DNA of 64,000 bases, taken from positions 62,001 through 126,000 of the forward strand of contig QPGO01000057.1 in NCBI GenBank assembly GCA_008632985.1, in the 5' to 3' direction. This stretch comes from Psammoneis japonica (taxonomy: Eukaryota). The number at the start of each line of letters is the position of its first letter. Position 1 is the stretch's first letter. Of the stretch, positions 21,942 to 35,079 are shown piece after piece. A program made the position numbers and the translations under genes. The notes under the pieces were generated by a model. It had not been told where the DNA came from. It made no database searches and worked only from the letters and a program-made list of their open reading frames with translations.

Positions 21942-23633
21942 TCACAGAGTGCATGAGAAGGGGTGACCGTTATTCTCCCAGTCCAATTCAATCGATCCGA
22001 TAGACCCAGCTAGTCCACCGATTAGTACAACGACACCGAAGACTCCGAGTCCGTACGAAGCCAAGGAAGAGCGAGTCGGGCGCCACATTGGTATGTTAAA
22101 AGCTCGACGGTACAAAATAGCAGGCAACAATAACGTCAGCGGTACTGATGTCAATGCACCAATGAGTGCTACCAAGTCTTTGAAAAAGGGCACCATGTTT
22201 GCAACTAGGTAGGATGATATTGTCAAACATAGTGTCAAGGTCAACCAACGTTTTCGAGGGTGCTGAGACGGAGCAAAATGTTGGAAAAAGCGGCGATCAA
22301 TGGATGCACAAATAGCTTGCGAGTTGATGGCATAGGAAACTGCGACGTGTATCCAGAGCAACAGTCCTGCGAACTTTCGAGCCGCTCCTGAAGGAATAGA
22401 GTCAAAGAGAAATGGCGGCGGGTTTGGCCCAGCCAGGACACTAATCGCCACATATACCGCTCCAAACACCACGGACGAAATGGCAAGACTCTTGGGTGAA
22501 TCATCTCGATGTTTCATTTCTCGTCGAATGTTGAGAAGCAACTTGTTGGAACCGGTTGCAAACGCAATACTAGCCATGGCCGAGAGTCGACGCAGAAAGG
22601 ACGTGTCACTTGGAGGCTGGTAAACTTCCTGTCGTTCTCCCGCCACTAGACACTGTATCACAACAACTGCTAGACAACCAAGAGATAGTATGGTAACCTT
22701 CTTCCCCAAGTGTGCCATTGTACGCAACTGGCCAAAGGCGAGCATCAGAGTTGATGCCACCAGACCTGCGTGTGGTATGCAAATGTCGACAATTGCCGCC
22801 ACAGCGTGCGACATTACCAAGATATAATCCCCGAGAACGAGGAAAATGTTGGTATAAAAGATAGTGACGACAACTCGAGTTGCAATGGGATGGTGAAACA
22901 GGGCCTGTGTCATTCCGATGAAATCATGTGTGTCGATTTCTTCTGAGTTGGAATTGGATATGCCACATGCTCCATCGTTGGGAAGCTGCGCAACGTTGTC
23001 AACCGCCTCTTTCTCGTGATTGTCATCCGTCGTACAAACGCTAGAATATTTGTTAGTGCTCTTTTCGGCCTCAACGCGGACATGTTCCTCACTGTCGTCG
23101 AGAGTTTCGGGGTCTTCCTCAGCTGTAACTTCTGACGCGTGGACACTAGAATACGCACTCTTTTTCGAACTAGCACCAATTCGCATAATTCCGTCGCTGC
23201 TTTTCATTTTCTGTTTTGATTTTTGGTCTGAAAGAGTATTTGGGGACTCCACATTGGAAGTCATACGAAACACACCATCGCCTTCGCTTTTTGGCTCCTC
23301 AGATTGCCGCTCCACTCGTGAAGCAGCATTCGACAAAATCATTCCAGCAAACCAATTGAGCGGCAGATTCATAATCAAGAAGGAGAGCCCCACAGCCTTT
23401 CCCAACACTTTGATGTCCTGAGGCAGAGCTAGAAGCCCAGTGCCGAGAATGTCTGCGGTTAGAAGCGACGCTGCCTGCAGAACCGTCAAATCATCGTTGA
23501 ATTCCTGATGGATGGAGTGATGAGCGTCTTCACTGTCACCTTCACTATCCGGATCATCATAAGAGAGTCCATGGTCTGACTCTCCATTTTGACTTTTCAT
23601 TTCAATCTCTGAAGAAGGCACTGCTGTCATCAT
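21942..23633 (-). CDS. Amino acid transporter (AAAP/Aa_trans family)
   Basis: LLTADILGTGLLALP, many TM segments, VPFFKDLVALIGALTSVPLTLLLP. Confidence 0.85.
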   Translation of the reverse strand: MMTAVPSSEIEMKSQNGESDHGLSYDDPDSEGDSEDAHHSIHQEFNDDLTVLQAASLLTADILGTGLLALPQDIKVLGKAVGLSFLIMNLPLNWFAGMILSNAASRVERQSEEPKSEGDGVFRMTSNVESPNTLSDQKSKQKMKSSDGIMRIGASSKKSAYSSVHASEVTAEEDPETLDDSEEHVRVEAEKSTNKYSSVCTTDDNHEKEAVDNVAQLPNDGACGISNSNSEEIDTHDFIGMTQALFHHPIATRVVVTIFYTNIFLVLGDYILVMSHAVAAIVDICIPHAGLVASTLMLAFGQLRTMAHLGKKVTILSLGCLAVVVIQCLVAGERQEVYQPPSDTSFLRRLSAMASIAFATGSNKLLLNIRREMKHRDDSPKSLAISSVVFGAVYVAISVLAGPNPPPFLFDSIPSGAARKFAGLLLWIHVAVSYAINSQAICASIDRRFFQHFAPSQHPRKRWLTLTLCLTISSYLVANMVPFFKDLVALIGALTSVPLTLLLPAILYRRAFNIPMWRPTRSSLASYGLGVFGVVVLIGGLAGSIGSIELDWENNGHPFSCTL

Positions 23634-23849
23634 TGTCTTCCGGCTTCGGTGTTCGTTTTCTTGCGTTGAGTGTGTTGTGTGTTGTCGCCTGTCGCCGCAG
23701 TTGTCAGTGATTTTTGATGTTGGAGGGAAAACGAGTTTTTCGGAGTTCTACTGCGGTATCGCGATAGCATGTACTACCGGTGTGTTCAATGTATCCGAAG
23801 CAGACGACGACGACTCCTCCTCCCTCCACGTGGGTGATCCAACGGTCAT

Positions 23850-25000
23850 TAAACTGATCGCTTGGCAGCAGTCATGGAGCTGCAGGTGTTGGAACAATTG
23901 CATTTCTGGTTCAGCAGCTTAAGGTTGATTGTTGTGGAGTTGGTTGTCCCCCCACAGAGCAGAGAAATGCTGGTGTGAACAGGCTCAACACACGCAGCAA
24001 AACTCCTCGCTTGTCTTTTCCACTACAAGCCCCGCGCAGTTGGAGCAAGTGATGCAATGATCTTGGAACAAGAAAGGATCAGCTTGTGGTTTAACAGAGT
24101 GGCTTTTTTGTCCACAACTGGTGCCCCATTTGCTCTTGACAGCTCAAGAAGAGCTCCCCAGAGTGGGCGACAACTTTCTGGTGCCAGCACAAGCACGACC
24201 GCCTCTGTGTGATGTGGCAACTCAGCAGTTGCTCATGGCACAAGCTGCATGTGACACCATTGCAGCAGTTGCTCATGCCTGCTGCTGACATGAGGAAAGC
24301 ACTGGTTCTTGTCAATCAGCGCTCTCGAGCTCTCCAGCAGAGAGAGTCATGGTGACAGCATCGTTCCTGCACACATGCGGGGGTGTTGTCAGGTTGTGAG
24401 CAAAACTTCCCTTCAGGAAGCAGTGCTCCTCTGACTGAAAAAAACTCTCAGTGCGAACACTCTTTGCTTCCACATCTGCAACCTCCTCATTGGCATCTTT
24501 CTTGATGCAAAAAACAAGCTGGGGGGGTTGTTGGTTGCATCGTCAACAACGACGGCGCGTGTGCAAAATGGCTGCTGCTGCATTTTTTGGTTGCTGTCCG
24601 TGGCTGCTCGCACAGCACTTGTCACCACACACTCCTGCATGCCTCAAAGAGCTGCAGCTGGTGGCATTGTCAGCTCTGATGCCTGTTGCCTCAGGCACTG
24701 TCACCACATGACATGCTGTGTTTTGTGGGCTGGGTGCTGCTGCCACCGTGGCAGTGGTGCCTGCTGCGCTTGCTCAAAGAGGACACAGGCTGATGTTGAG
24801 GACTGGCGCAGCACTCAAACAAGATCCAGACAAGGCTGCGCAACACAACAGGAGACTCCAACCCCACCCCACCCCCCAGGACACGTGTCAGCCCCCCACC
24901 CCACCCTCTGCAGAGACAACTCAAGCTGCACCGCCTCCGTCTCTCCCTGGCCTGGCTGCGCTGCAGTTCTTGTGGATACACAGCACAGACGCCCAGCAGC
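23850..25000. other. TpA/CpG-depleted hypermutated block 3 (between divergent genes)
   Basis: TpA nearly absent; CpG reduced but partly retained. Confidence 0.8.
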
Positions 25001-25172
25001 GTCTTGATGCACGACGCGTTTGGCATCGGCTCGCTTATTGTGAATTTCGTGAAGATCGGAGATCGGATCTTTGATCTTTGCCATTGTTGCTCTGTTGCAG
25101 CGATTGAATCAACCTGAACGAGAGTTTGAAATATCCTGTAACAGCGCCTTCGACTCCAAAGGAAGCGTCTTC

Positions 25173-25919
25173 ATGTCTCAGATTATAGTTTGCGCCGTTT
25201 TCCTCTTTTGCTTGGCGGTCGACACGCATGGATTTGTAATCCGGTCGCCACTCACAACAAGAACGAGAAGTCGGTCGATTCTGCCTACTCGAATCGGAAT
25301 TAGCAAGGATGAAAAGGATGTAGAATTTGTCGCGGCGCTAAAAGAGGCGGGAAAAAATGATATTCCTTATGTATTTACGGGAGGAATAACAGACAAGATG
25401 GAATCCGAAGCTGCCAAAATCGCTTCTCGCCTCAGGTCCGTCAAAGATTTGGGATGGACGGATCCTCCAAAACGGCGAGGATCCGCCCGTCCGCGTCATC
25501 GTGCCTATGGCGGGCAGACAGAAAAGCCCATTCAGCTCAAACCCAATTATGACGAAAGCAGTCCGTTATGTGTTGAGAAATGGTTGACTCAAGAAGAATT
25601 CTACAACAAAGTTGGCGATTCATCTCCTGCCGCCGACACTGTTTTTGTTGCTCTTGCTGGAGGCGGAGCGTTTGCCGAACGCGAGGTTGTGGAAACTATG
25701 TTGAATCAGTGGCGAAGTAGCGGAACGTTCGACGAAGCACAGTTTCTGAAATCTGTCCAGAAGGGAAGGACTCAATTGGTTCTCGGATGGGCAGTATTTC
25801 TCTCACTCAACGCAATTTTTGTCGTTTGTCTCGTTGCTCCCAACAACCCACTTGCGCAGTGGTTGTACAGCGTCATCGGACAAATAAAGGACAACTTGCG
25901 ACCCGCCGGTTTGCCATAG
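25173..25919 (+). CDS. Uncharacterised plastid-targeted membrane protein, paralog B
   Basis: Signal peptide ending THG-F; shares SVKDLGWT, PRHRA, KPNYD, CVEKWL.QEEFY, DSSPAADTVFVALAGG.AFAEREVVE with 13130-13846. Confidence 0.8.
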   Translation: MSQIIVCAVFLFCLAVDTHGFVIRSPLTTRTRSRSILPTRIGISKDEKDVEFVAALKEAGKNDIPYVFTGGITDKMESEAAKIASRLRSVKDLGWTDPPKRRGSARPRHRAYGGQTEKPIQLKPNYDESSPLCVEKWLTQEEFYNKVGDSSPAADTVFVALAGGGAFAEREVVETMLNQWRSSGTFDEAQFLKSVQKGRTQLVLGWAVFLSLNAIFVVCLVAPNNPLAQWLYSVIGQIKDNLRPAGLP

Positions 25920-25944
25920 GTAGCTACTAATGTTTCTTGTTAAA

Positions 25945-27297
25945 TCATTTCTGTTCGTCGGTATCTTGCTCCGCCCTGAAGTGTAAGTAGTCGGAAACTC
26001 GTATGCATCCATCGGACTGTATAAGTTGTGACCATTCTTTCTCGTCCTCTGAGGATTGCAGTAATGATGATATCGCAACACTGCAGCATGAAGCAAATTC
26101 GGTCGGCAAGGCTCGCACGAAATGATCCATCGCAAGGGTTGCTCCGTATCGTGCACTCAAATGAAACAACACTAATTTTGCAGGCCGCCACGGTGCAGCT
26201 TGCTCGTCTTTTCCAGCTTGAGATTGTTGAATTGAGAGTATCTTGCCAATGTCCTCAATATGCATGTGACCACGATATTGTGACAACTCACGAGACTTAT
26301 CATCATCATCCAAAAATGTCACCTCGCAGAATATAAGTCGACATTGCAATGCCTCTTGGAGGATGAAATTGTCATCCAGTCTCGTGAGTCCTTCAACACT
26401 TGTATCACCAGTGTATGCCACTTCCAACACATCCGGCGGACTAGTCTTGATGGACACTCCAGACGCAATCAGATCTCGTATCTGTTCAGAGGGCAAACCA
26501 CGGTATTCTTCGCGTAGCTGTGGACCACGCCGTGATCCAATCACATATCCAACAGCGGGACATCCCGCGTGTGTCACGGCAAACACACGAGTAAACAGGC
26601 TTTCAGCATAATCATCGGCAAAAGTCGATGATTGAATCAGTTTGTTAGAAACGAGCCACACAGTATGCGAGCTGCATGCCACGACGAACTATGTACAATA
26701 CTCACTGAACACCATTCAAATGTTTCTTGATGGGCAAAATAATTTCATCACCGGGGTTGACACCCACAATGTTCATCTCGATCATACTCGACCGGCGACT
26801 TCCGGTTCCGTCATTGGCTGCGTCCAACGCGGACATGGCATCTCTTGCTTGCTCCAGAGAAGGAACAAGCGGTGCTGGGACATAGTACGTTGGTATCGAT
26901 CTAAACGAGAAGATAAATCGGAATAACCAATGATCAGAGGCGGTGAGAATATACATGACGCACAAAACAAAAAAAAACGTTGATTGAAAGGAGTTGTTCC
27001 TCACCCACTCTTGGCAACATTGTGTGCTCGAGCATGACTGAAAATCGAGCCAATGTGGTCAATATGTCCGTGACTTATAAGGACGACGCTGGAAGATATG
27101 GATTCATCAAAGCATGGAGTAGCGCCAATATCTAGCACCAATCTTGGATACTTCTTCCGCCTTGCAGCTACGGCGTTGTCCGCTCCTTCGGAGGACTTGA
27201 TGGATTTGTCGGGATTGTATTCCAACACGACCGATGTCCCGATTCCAGCTTTCGACCAGCAGGACACAATATCAAAGTTGCTTTGTGGTAGAGTCAT
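25945..27297 (-). CDS. tRNase Z-like metallo-beta-lactamase (intron ~26925-27003; apparent frameshift ~26700)
   Basis: SHGHIDH, AYTGDT, CEVTF, GHMH and LFHLSARY motifs. Confidence 0.8.
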
Positions 27298-27759
27298 TTT
27301 CGTCTTCGGATTCAAAGTTTGGCAGAGGCCAAAAACACAAGTCAACACGAAGGGACTGGTAATTATCAAGAAGTGAGACGTGCACCAGAAAAGCGATGAA
27401 TATTGACGAAATATACGCCAGTGCATTACGCCTCTACTAGTAGGCCCTCTCAATGAAAGGAGCAAACGAGTTGCGTTGCTTGATTGTACTTCTAATAAGC
27501 ACGTTTCAGCCGTGCCTGAAAGCTCTCTATGTACTCTAGCTAGAGTCGTATTTATTGATCGGTATATACATAAATACTCCTCGTCATCTACAAGATTGTA
27601 TACATCATTGAAATTCCAAAAAAAATCGCATCGCGGACGGACGCGGATTCCTTCGATAGAGCATGGAGCAGGAGCATGGAGCGGAGCGGGCTTGTTACAT
27701 AACCTCATGGTGCGGAGTGTGGAGTAGTGCATATCAACACCGCATATAGCCCCATCATC

Positions 27760-28630
27760 ATGGAGTCTCCAGCAGCAGATGAAGATTCATCGATAGCATT
27801 TGAATGGATTCAGTGCATGGATCTTGACTATGCCACTGACGATGCGACATCAGAAGCATCGGCGTCCTCCGTTGTTTGTTTTCGATGCGGCAATTCCGCT
27901 GAGAAGCTTTCGAAATGTGCAAAGTGCAAAATAGCTGCGTATTGTTCTCGCGACTGTCAAGTGAAGGATTGGAAAACTGGAAATGGCGGTGGCGGTCATA
28001 AACTATCTTGTGCAGGTACGAAGATCTGCGCCGCTGATGCCTCCAAGAACGAACCATAGGACTCATTCGTTTTATCTTTCTGCTATCGCCATTACTATTC
28101 TTTTTTAAAGCCTATGTTCGAGTTGGTAAGGAAATGAGAATCGCAAGCGAGGATCAGCAGGCCATTGCGAGGCAAGAAATCTTTACACGAGTTCGATTTT
28201 ATGCTTGTTCTTATGCTGTACACAAATTCTTCGACTTGGGAAAAGGCTTCCTTTTTGTGCAGGGAACATGTACGTTGGCCGAAATGTCATTTTTGAATGG
28301 CTTCCCTCGTAACAATCCAAAGAATGGTTTGCCATTGCAACCCAAAGCACGATCACTCTTGATTCATTACTTGACATTGGGTGAATACGATTCTGAAGTT
28401 TGTCGGGACGATTTTGAGTTGGCCGCGGTACGGTCGTCTCTTCAACAAGCGGTGCGAGAAAAATACGACCCAACAACACAATTGTGATTTTGATGAGATT
28501 TCGTTGTGGGCATGTAGCAGTGGGGATTGTAAAGCTTGTTCCGGATTTCCGTGTTTGCAAAAGCTTAGCGAAAGATTACTTTGCCGACAATTCATCTAAC
28601 GCTCTTCAACTCAACATTGATGACGTTTAA
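27760..28630 (+). CDS. MYND zinc-finger protein (intron ~28017-28110; apparent frameshifts near 3' end)
   Basis: CFRC...CAKCKIAAYCSRDCQVKDW...HKLSC. Confidence 0.75.
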
Positions 28631-28699
28631 TTCTTCCTTTAAAAGCATAAACAAGGATGCTGATACGTTTTCTAGCGGCTCGTTGCTCTACTTTTCCGA

Positions 28700-30503
28700 C
28701 TACCTTGTCTGCTTCTGTCGTTTCATACCTTCTTGCGTGTAATTGTCCATGGGTTTTACTTCAAAGTCACTAATGGAGTCCAGCAACCAGTTGGCAGATA
28801 CGATGGGCGGTGACGAGGAAGAACTGTCCTCCTCCATAGAATTTGTCACGAGCTTTTGCGCTGACCGCCAATCACGTGCATGAGGATTAGTACGAACTAC
28901 ACAAGCACCTTGCTGTGGTAGAAGAATCCGGAACCACAAGCTTATTGTCTGGATGCAAGTGACGCACGCGAGCACGACAGCATTCCAACAAAGTTTGGAC
29001 ACGTTCTAGACTGTACAAGCGTCGTGAGCCAGTATTCCTGAGCCAGACGCGGTAGTACGGGCTCGTTTCTTCCGACCCGACCTGGAGGACGCGATAGAGT
29101 CAAACTCTCCATACAGATACACGGTATATCCTGTAGCACGTAGTCCCAACAGCCGTACCCTGTGCTTCCTTACAAGACATCGCATTCTCCAGCGCTCGTT
29201 GTGGTGCCATCCATTCTGTCGACTCGGCGTCCCCAATAACAAGGTTCTTATTGGCGTCACGAGAAGGAAACAAGGACCCTTCTTGATCATGTAGGTGCGA
29301 ATGTACATGATCGGCAATCCACAAGCCAAAGCCAAATATATTCAAAGGTGCGTTCCACCAGAAATCCATCTCCAGTTTCAATTTCAGCGTTGCTGCATAA
29401 TGCAAACGTGTGCTTGTCCAGCCTCGAGAGAAATCTCGTCTTTTATGGTCTTGAACGTCAACTTCGTCTTCAATGGAATCCAACACCAATTCCAATCGAC
29501 CCTCGTCAATACATCGCGAAACAATAGCCTTATCAGACGCGTTGAGTGACGAAGCCAAAAGCACACGCGGCGTAGTATCTTGGTCGATCTCAGTGGGTTG
29601 CGTGTCTACGGACTTTGCTCTTGCTGGAATTGCGAGTGGAGTAGCCTTCTCGTCGTCCTCGCGGGCTGCTGAGATTGAATTAGAGCAATGGGTGACAAGC
29701 CCGGTGACTGTAGCACGCAGCTATTGTTTCGCTTCTTGGGACTTCCGTTTTCATCTCGATAATAGTATCCATCAAGGCGGGCGAAGCCGTTGATGATCCT
29801 GAATCGTCGCCCGACATTTCAAACTTTTGCGTCGTTTGAGAATCCTGCGTTCTCGGAACCACAGATGACTGCTGACTTTCAGATTGATTGAAAGGCTCAG
29901 TCCCCTGACTCATTGGAGATTCATTCATAGCTTCAGTCGATGGACTGTAGCGATTCGTAGCACCCCGATCTGACAAAGCCGGAGACGCCTGCTGGTTAGC
30001 TTGCAAATCAACTTCACTTTCTTCTCCTTCATTCTGGGTTAGCCCATCCGGTATAGGAGTATTCCACCATTCGGTAGGGGCTTCGTTCAGAACTTTACAG
30101 ATCTTACCAAACGATGTGACGACCGTGTTGATGTTGGGGTTGGCTTGAGGTACGACCCCGCGGTTCCTCTGACCGTCACGGGCAAGCCACAACCTGGGAC
30201 TGCAGCAACAGAAAGGAAGATGGCTGAGTGTGAAAAGTATTGTTTGATCTTTAAAATAAAAAAATCTAGACGACACAAAGAGCCAGATACTTACAAGGAC
30301 AGTTCCACGAATTCATTGTGTAGTTCTCGATACAGATGCCAGAAAGTATGAGAACATGCCAAAGTAGTCGCTTTCACAAAGACTTGGTTGCAGAGCGGAC
30401 AAAGGAGACAAGAACGAAGATCTTCTAGAGACTCTCTCATGGCGTCAGTCACCTTATCGGGGTCTAGCGTCAAGGACGGGGGAGGCGGCGGTGCGGTTGA
30501 CAT
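28700..30503 (-). CDS. RING + BRCT protein (BRCA1/BARD1-like); intron ~30210-30343, several apparent frameshifts
   Basis: N-terminal CPLCNQVFVKATTLACSHTF RING; C-terminal BRCT-like ACGLPI, YTVYLYGEF and PIVSANWLLDSIS..Y. Confidence 0.65.
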
Positions 30504-30976
30504 GGTGCATAACAATAATATGTATGATACACGTATCGATGTTGCTGCGATGCGTCTGGCAATGTTGTGAGTTATGAGGTGGACCGCGGACCGGTGCCGG
30601 CCGTCGCTGCTTTTGTGGCGGTCGATTATGGCGCGACGATGATGACCGATAAAATAAATACGGTATATGGTTTTGGTTGAATAGAAATATTTGAAAAAGC
30701 GTATTGAAGGTATCAAACCACGAGCTCCCTCGTAGGTAGTTGTCGAGCTCCAAAGCTTGAAAGTGAAACACTAAACATTGCTACAACCACTTCTGAAGCA
30801 TGTAACTAAGGTATCTCAAAGTGGCGGTTTATCTCTAATCTATTGAATATATAACACAGAGAATGTGCTGTTGGAATCGAAAATGAGTGAGCCGTCACTA
30901 CGACTAGCGAAGAGTGGTCTGGAGGGGACGCTCTCGAGCCGAAACGTTGTCAGCAGAAGACGTGCCACTCGCAACA

Positions 30977-33900
30977 TCACCGTCGAATCCTCCAACTTCC
31001 GACACATACCTTCATATGGCTATCACGGTGGGGTGACGAAAAGTCCTTCATGAGTGGGGCGTAAACACGTGACAGCATAGCACGATCATCTGGCGATAGA
31101 GACGGCCGCGTAGTTTTGAGCGACTGCAACAAGTGCTTCAAACTGATTTTCACGACCTCTTGATCACCCGCAGCCGCAAGATGATCATGAACAGCAGCTA
31201 GGTGAGCAGTGTCCATGACAGCTTTCATGTCCGCTGCTGATAGATAGCGCAAGTGAGGGACACAGTCAATGACTCTGTCCAGAAGCTTTCCAGAGGAAAC
31301 GAGCTCTTGAATTCAGAGTCTGTATTCTCTGTCCAGCCGAAGATAATACGTCCAAACAAGTCGTTCCATTCGTCTTCACTCTCGGGATATCCTACAAACA
31401 CGTGGGTTTCCAGTCGACCAGGACGCAGCAGTGCTGGATCGACTTATCTGGCCTTGACGTGGCAGCAAGGATGTAAACTTGCTTGTCACTCTCGCCGTCT
31501 TGTTGCTCGACACCGTCGAGAAAGGTCAACAGCTGATTCACAACACGGTCTGTCACCCCTGTGTGGTCCGAACCACGACGTGGTGCCAACGCGTCAAATT
31601 CATCCAAGAACAAAATGCACGGAGCGGCTGCACGGGCTCTAGCAAACAGATGACGAACCTTGGCTTCACTCGCACCTATGTACTGTCCAACATTCGGGGC
31701 CACGGCATGTAAGCAAATGGAAATTGCATTCCTTAGCGATGGCGGGGACAAGAAAGGATTTGCCGCACCCAGGTGGGCCATATAGTAGCATGCCTCGTGG
31801 AAGTCGAATGGGTGCCTTGCATAAATAGATCTGTACTTGACCGGGTGAAGAATCGAAGAGAACAGCTGCTTCTTAACACGGAAAAGCCCCCCGACTTCAC
31901 TCCATCCAGCACTTGAGTTGGTGTCTTCGACGGCAACTGATTGGCGAGAAATGGGAGTGAAGCCCTCAAGCAGTCGGTCTATCGCGTCCATCCAAGCAAT
32001 TTCGCCTTCATACCTGCGGAGTATAATTCATGACAGACTCGCATAGCAAGAATCTCAAGGTCTTTCGGTCGGAATCCTTCGGTCTTCTTTGCAAAGCCCA
32101 TCTCAGCAAAGTCTATGTGACTAATTTCTACCGGTGTGTCTTGGTATATCGCTAGCTGCAACATGATTTTCAACATCTCCTCTCTTTCTGCGCTACCAAA
32201 ATTCGGAACAGCCACAACAAGGGGACAGGATTGGCCGCCCACGAGACTAGCTGACAAAGAACTTTCATCACGACACGTGAAAACAACAGTCACCCCGCGT
32301 GAGTCGTGAGATTCCACTGAACTCGTCTCCAGCATCAAATTTTGAATGTGATCAGAAATCAGCTTTGACTGAGCGACGGCGATGGGGTTTACTTGCTGGT
32401 GGTGAATGCTGCCAGCGTCGTCGTCGCCCGCGTCTGTATTCATGCTAGGGGCGATTTCGTCCAGATCATCAAGAATCAAGACACAGGGGTGTGCTTTACG
32501 TGCTGTATGGAATGCATCGGTGAGCTCGTTGAGAATGTCCTTCATCTGTACTCCCGACGAAGACTGCAACATCTTGCAATCCAGATATACAGTAGCATGT
32601 GCTTTTCTGCGACGTGCCCACGCAGCAAAGACGAGAGCAGTGTGCGTTTTACCGCTACCAACCTCCCCGGTGAAGATAACAGCGTCAGTATGTCCGAGAG
32701 AACTACGCAACATCTCATAGTCGAGCCCTTCACTCGAAACATCTTGGGTGGGGGGGAGCGCATTCAGCAAAAGCTCAAACGGCGCGGCTGACTCAGAAGT
32801 CTCCCTTTCCACATGAGAGGAGTCGGTCGCTACCTCCTCGTCAGCGGAAGAAACAAGTCTTTCAACCGTGATTGGTTTCGAACTCAGAAGCGTAGGGACG
32901 AGGTCCTTCGCAAGGACAAATCGCGGGCTTTCTACAAAGGATGGTGCGCCGTGAGGTATTCGTGGACGATGATAGGACAATCTGTATGTACAGGCACCAG
33001 CCTCTGCAGAAAACGTCTCCTTCTGAGGGATAAATATCAGTGATCCTGTTGAAATCGGCATTTCATCGTGGACGTCGGGTAGATCTAGCCATGACGCAAC
33101 CAACGACTCATTTTGCTGTGAAGATGGACCTGAAATAGATTGTCGAAAATGAAGAGGCGTCTGTAACGCACCACAGGGGAAACGCCAGAGTCTCGCTCTG
33201 GAGCCACTCGCCTCGAAAGGAATATTCTCGAGGGTTAGGGATGCTGTTTGGTTCAAAACTGAGTTACGCAGATCAACAGATCCTGATCTGGCTTGATCAT
33301 CGTCTAGTAGCTTCAACCGCACATGATCGTAGAGCGGCGTAGCACAAAGGTGATGCCGGACGAGATAATGCATCGCTGTATAGGATTCAACGGAAAATGG
33401 AAACGGTAGGTGAGGATTAATTTCAATATGACAGGGAAAATCCCAGGCAGTTGCTGCTGCATGTAATACTATCTCAGAATCAATTGGAGGTTTAAATGCT
33501 CGACATGGGTATGTGTGTTCAGAATTAGCATGGTAAAACAATCGTCATTGACAAGTAATGCTTGGGGGCATCTCCGCACCAAATCTAACTCACCTACATG
33601 TCCTTTCGGTATATCATCGGACTCGCAAACACAAACAACTGCCGCCTCTTGATCGGTGATGCTACCCAGAAACTCTTTCTCAACAGAGTCATTTTCATCA
33701 AGCGATTTCCACACAACCGCCAGACGCGTCTGCTTTGGCGCTTCAATCCATCCTGGGAAAGAGGCGTGGAGGGTGTCCGGATGCGCTTGTACAGTCAAGG
33801 GAGGGACTTTGATATGAGGTGGGTCTTGCAGTTGTCTCATTGCGCTTGACCAATCGTCGAGAGTGGGGATTAACCGAAGCGGGTCACTCATGCCTGTCGC

Positions 33901-34847
33901 CACGGTAGCAGAGGATCGAGGTTTCGGAGTGACAATCACCTCCGTGCTTGCCACGAGACGCAAAAGCGCTGGTGAATAATCCATCGACGAATCATCGTCA
34001 TCCGAATCAAACCACTCTTCGTCATCTTGATTACCTTGAAAAGATTTGGGCAGTACATTGACATAACAAAAGTCCTGTCCTCCTACCCACAGGGGTAGGA
34101 CCTGATTTGGATAAACAATGCAAACCTGCTGAAGCAACCCTCCGCTCTCCAAGAAATCAGCATGTGTTTCTAAAAGCTCCCAATCACATACGTTAACCGG
34201 TTCCACAAAAATGACACTCGCATTGTACACATAATGAAGAACCTTGACAGTGACGACATCAACATTGTCGGGTAACACCGAATCCGGAATCTCCATGACA
34301 GGTTTAGCTGATGGCAACGACGTGAACGAAGTGAAACAGAATAGAACAATTAGAAAAGGAGCGAATCGGATTCGGGTGCTAATAATCGTCGATAAAGCAG
34401 GCCTCAGAAGGAAGGCAGCAGTACGTGGTTTCAACATGTAATACATTCTGTGGTAGTGACAATGCACTGATTCAGCATTGGCCTGACAATCGTTCGCATA
34501 CCACCAACACAAACGTGCTCCGTACCTTGAGATTGCCCTGCGTTTCGAGCAATTGATCCGCCATTGTACGACACATAAATTTCTTGTGAGGAAGACGTAG
34601 CTGTGATGGAAAGCGGCAAAAACTCGATTCCAGATTCGCACAAGGAGCAAGGAGCCGCATCATCCGTCAGTTGCCAGCCGTCCGTTGGATCCACAATGTG
34701 AAAATCATTCTTGTTTCTAAGCGCTTCACTGCGTAGTGACTGTGCTACATCAGGTTCTAACCTTGCGAAGAGGTTCCATGAATTAAACTCATTTCTGTGT
34801 GAAGGCTTATGACGGGATCGAACAGCGATTTGATGGCCGGTGCTCAT
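30977..34847 (-). CDS. PEX1: Peroxisome biogenesis AAA ATPase PEX1 (introns and several apparent frameshifts)
   Basis: VEP...DWELLE PEX1-N motif; D1 GEVGSGKT and LILDDLDEI; D2 WSEVGGL, YIGASEAKVR, LFLDEFDALAPRRGSDHTGVTDRVVNQLLTFLDGVE. Confidence 0.9.
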
Positions 34848-35079
34848 CGTTTTGTCACGTCATGGTTGCCAAGTGTCAAGATGAAACACCACACAGTTTG
34901 TCTTGAGGCAGATGACCGAATAGGAGCTCGTAGCTCGTACGTCATCGAGGTTCGTGCCCGCAGTTGCCCGCAGAAGAAAAACATCGTTTTCATTGACAGC
35001 CATGTGTGGTTGCTTGGCTCAGCACCATCCGGTGAGTCGATCGTCTCGTTCTCATTGATAACCAGATCTGCTAGAGTTA

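Noticed and set aside
25945..34847. Frameshifts in tRNase Z, MYND, BRCT and PEX1 (also PGM3, the adenylate kinase and ABCF) as pseudogenisation or programmed frameshifting
   Set aside because: They are scattered small indels in otherwise intact conserved genes with normal TA/CG content; assembly error is more likely.
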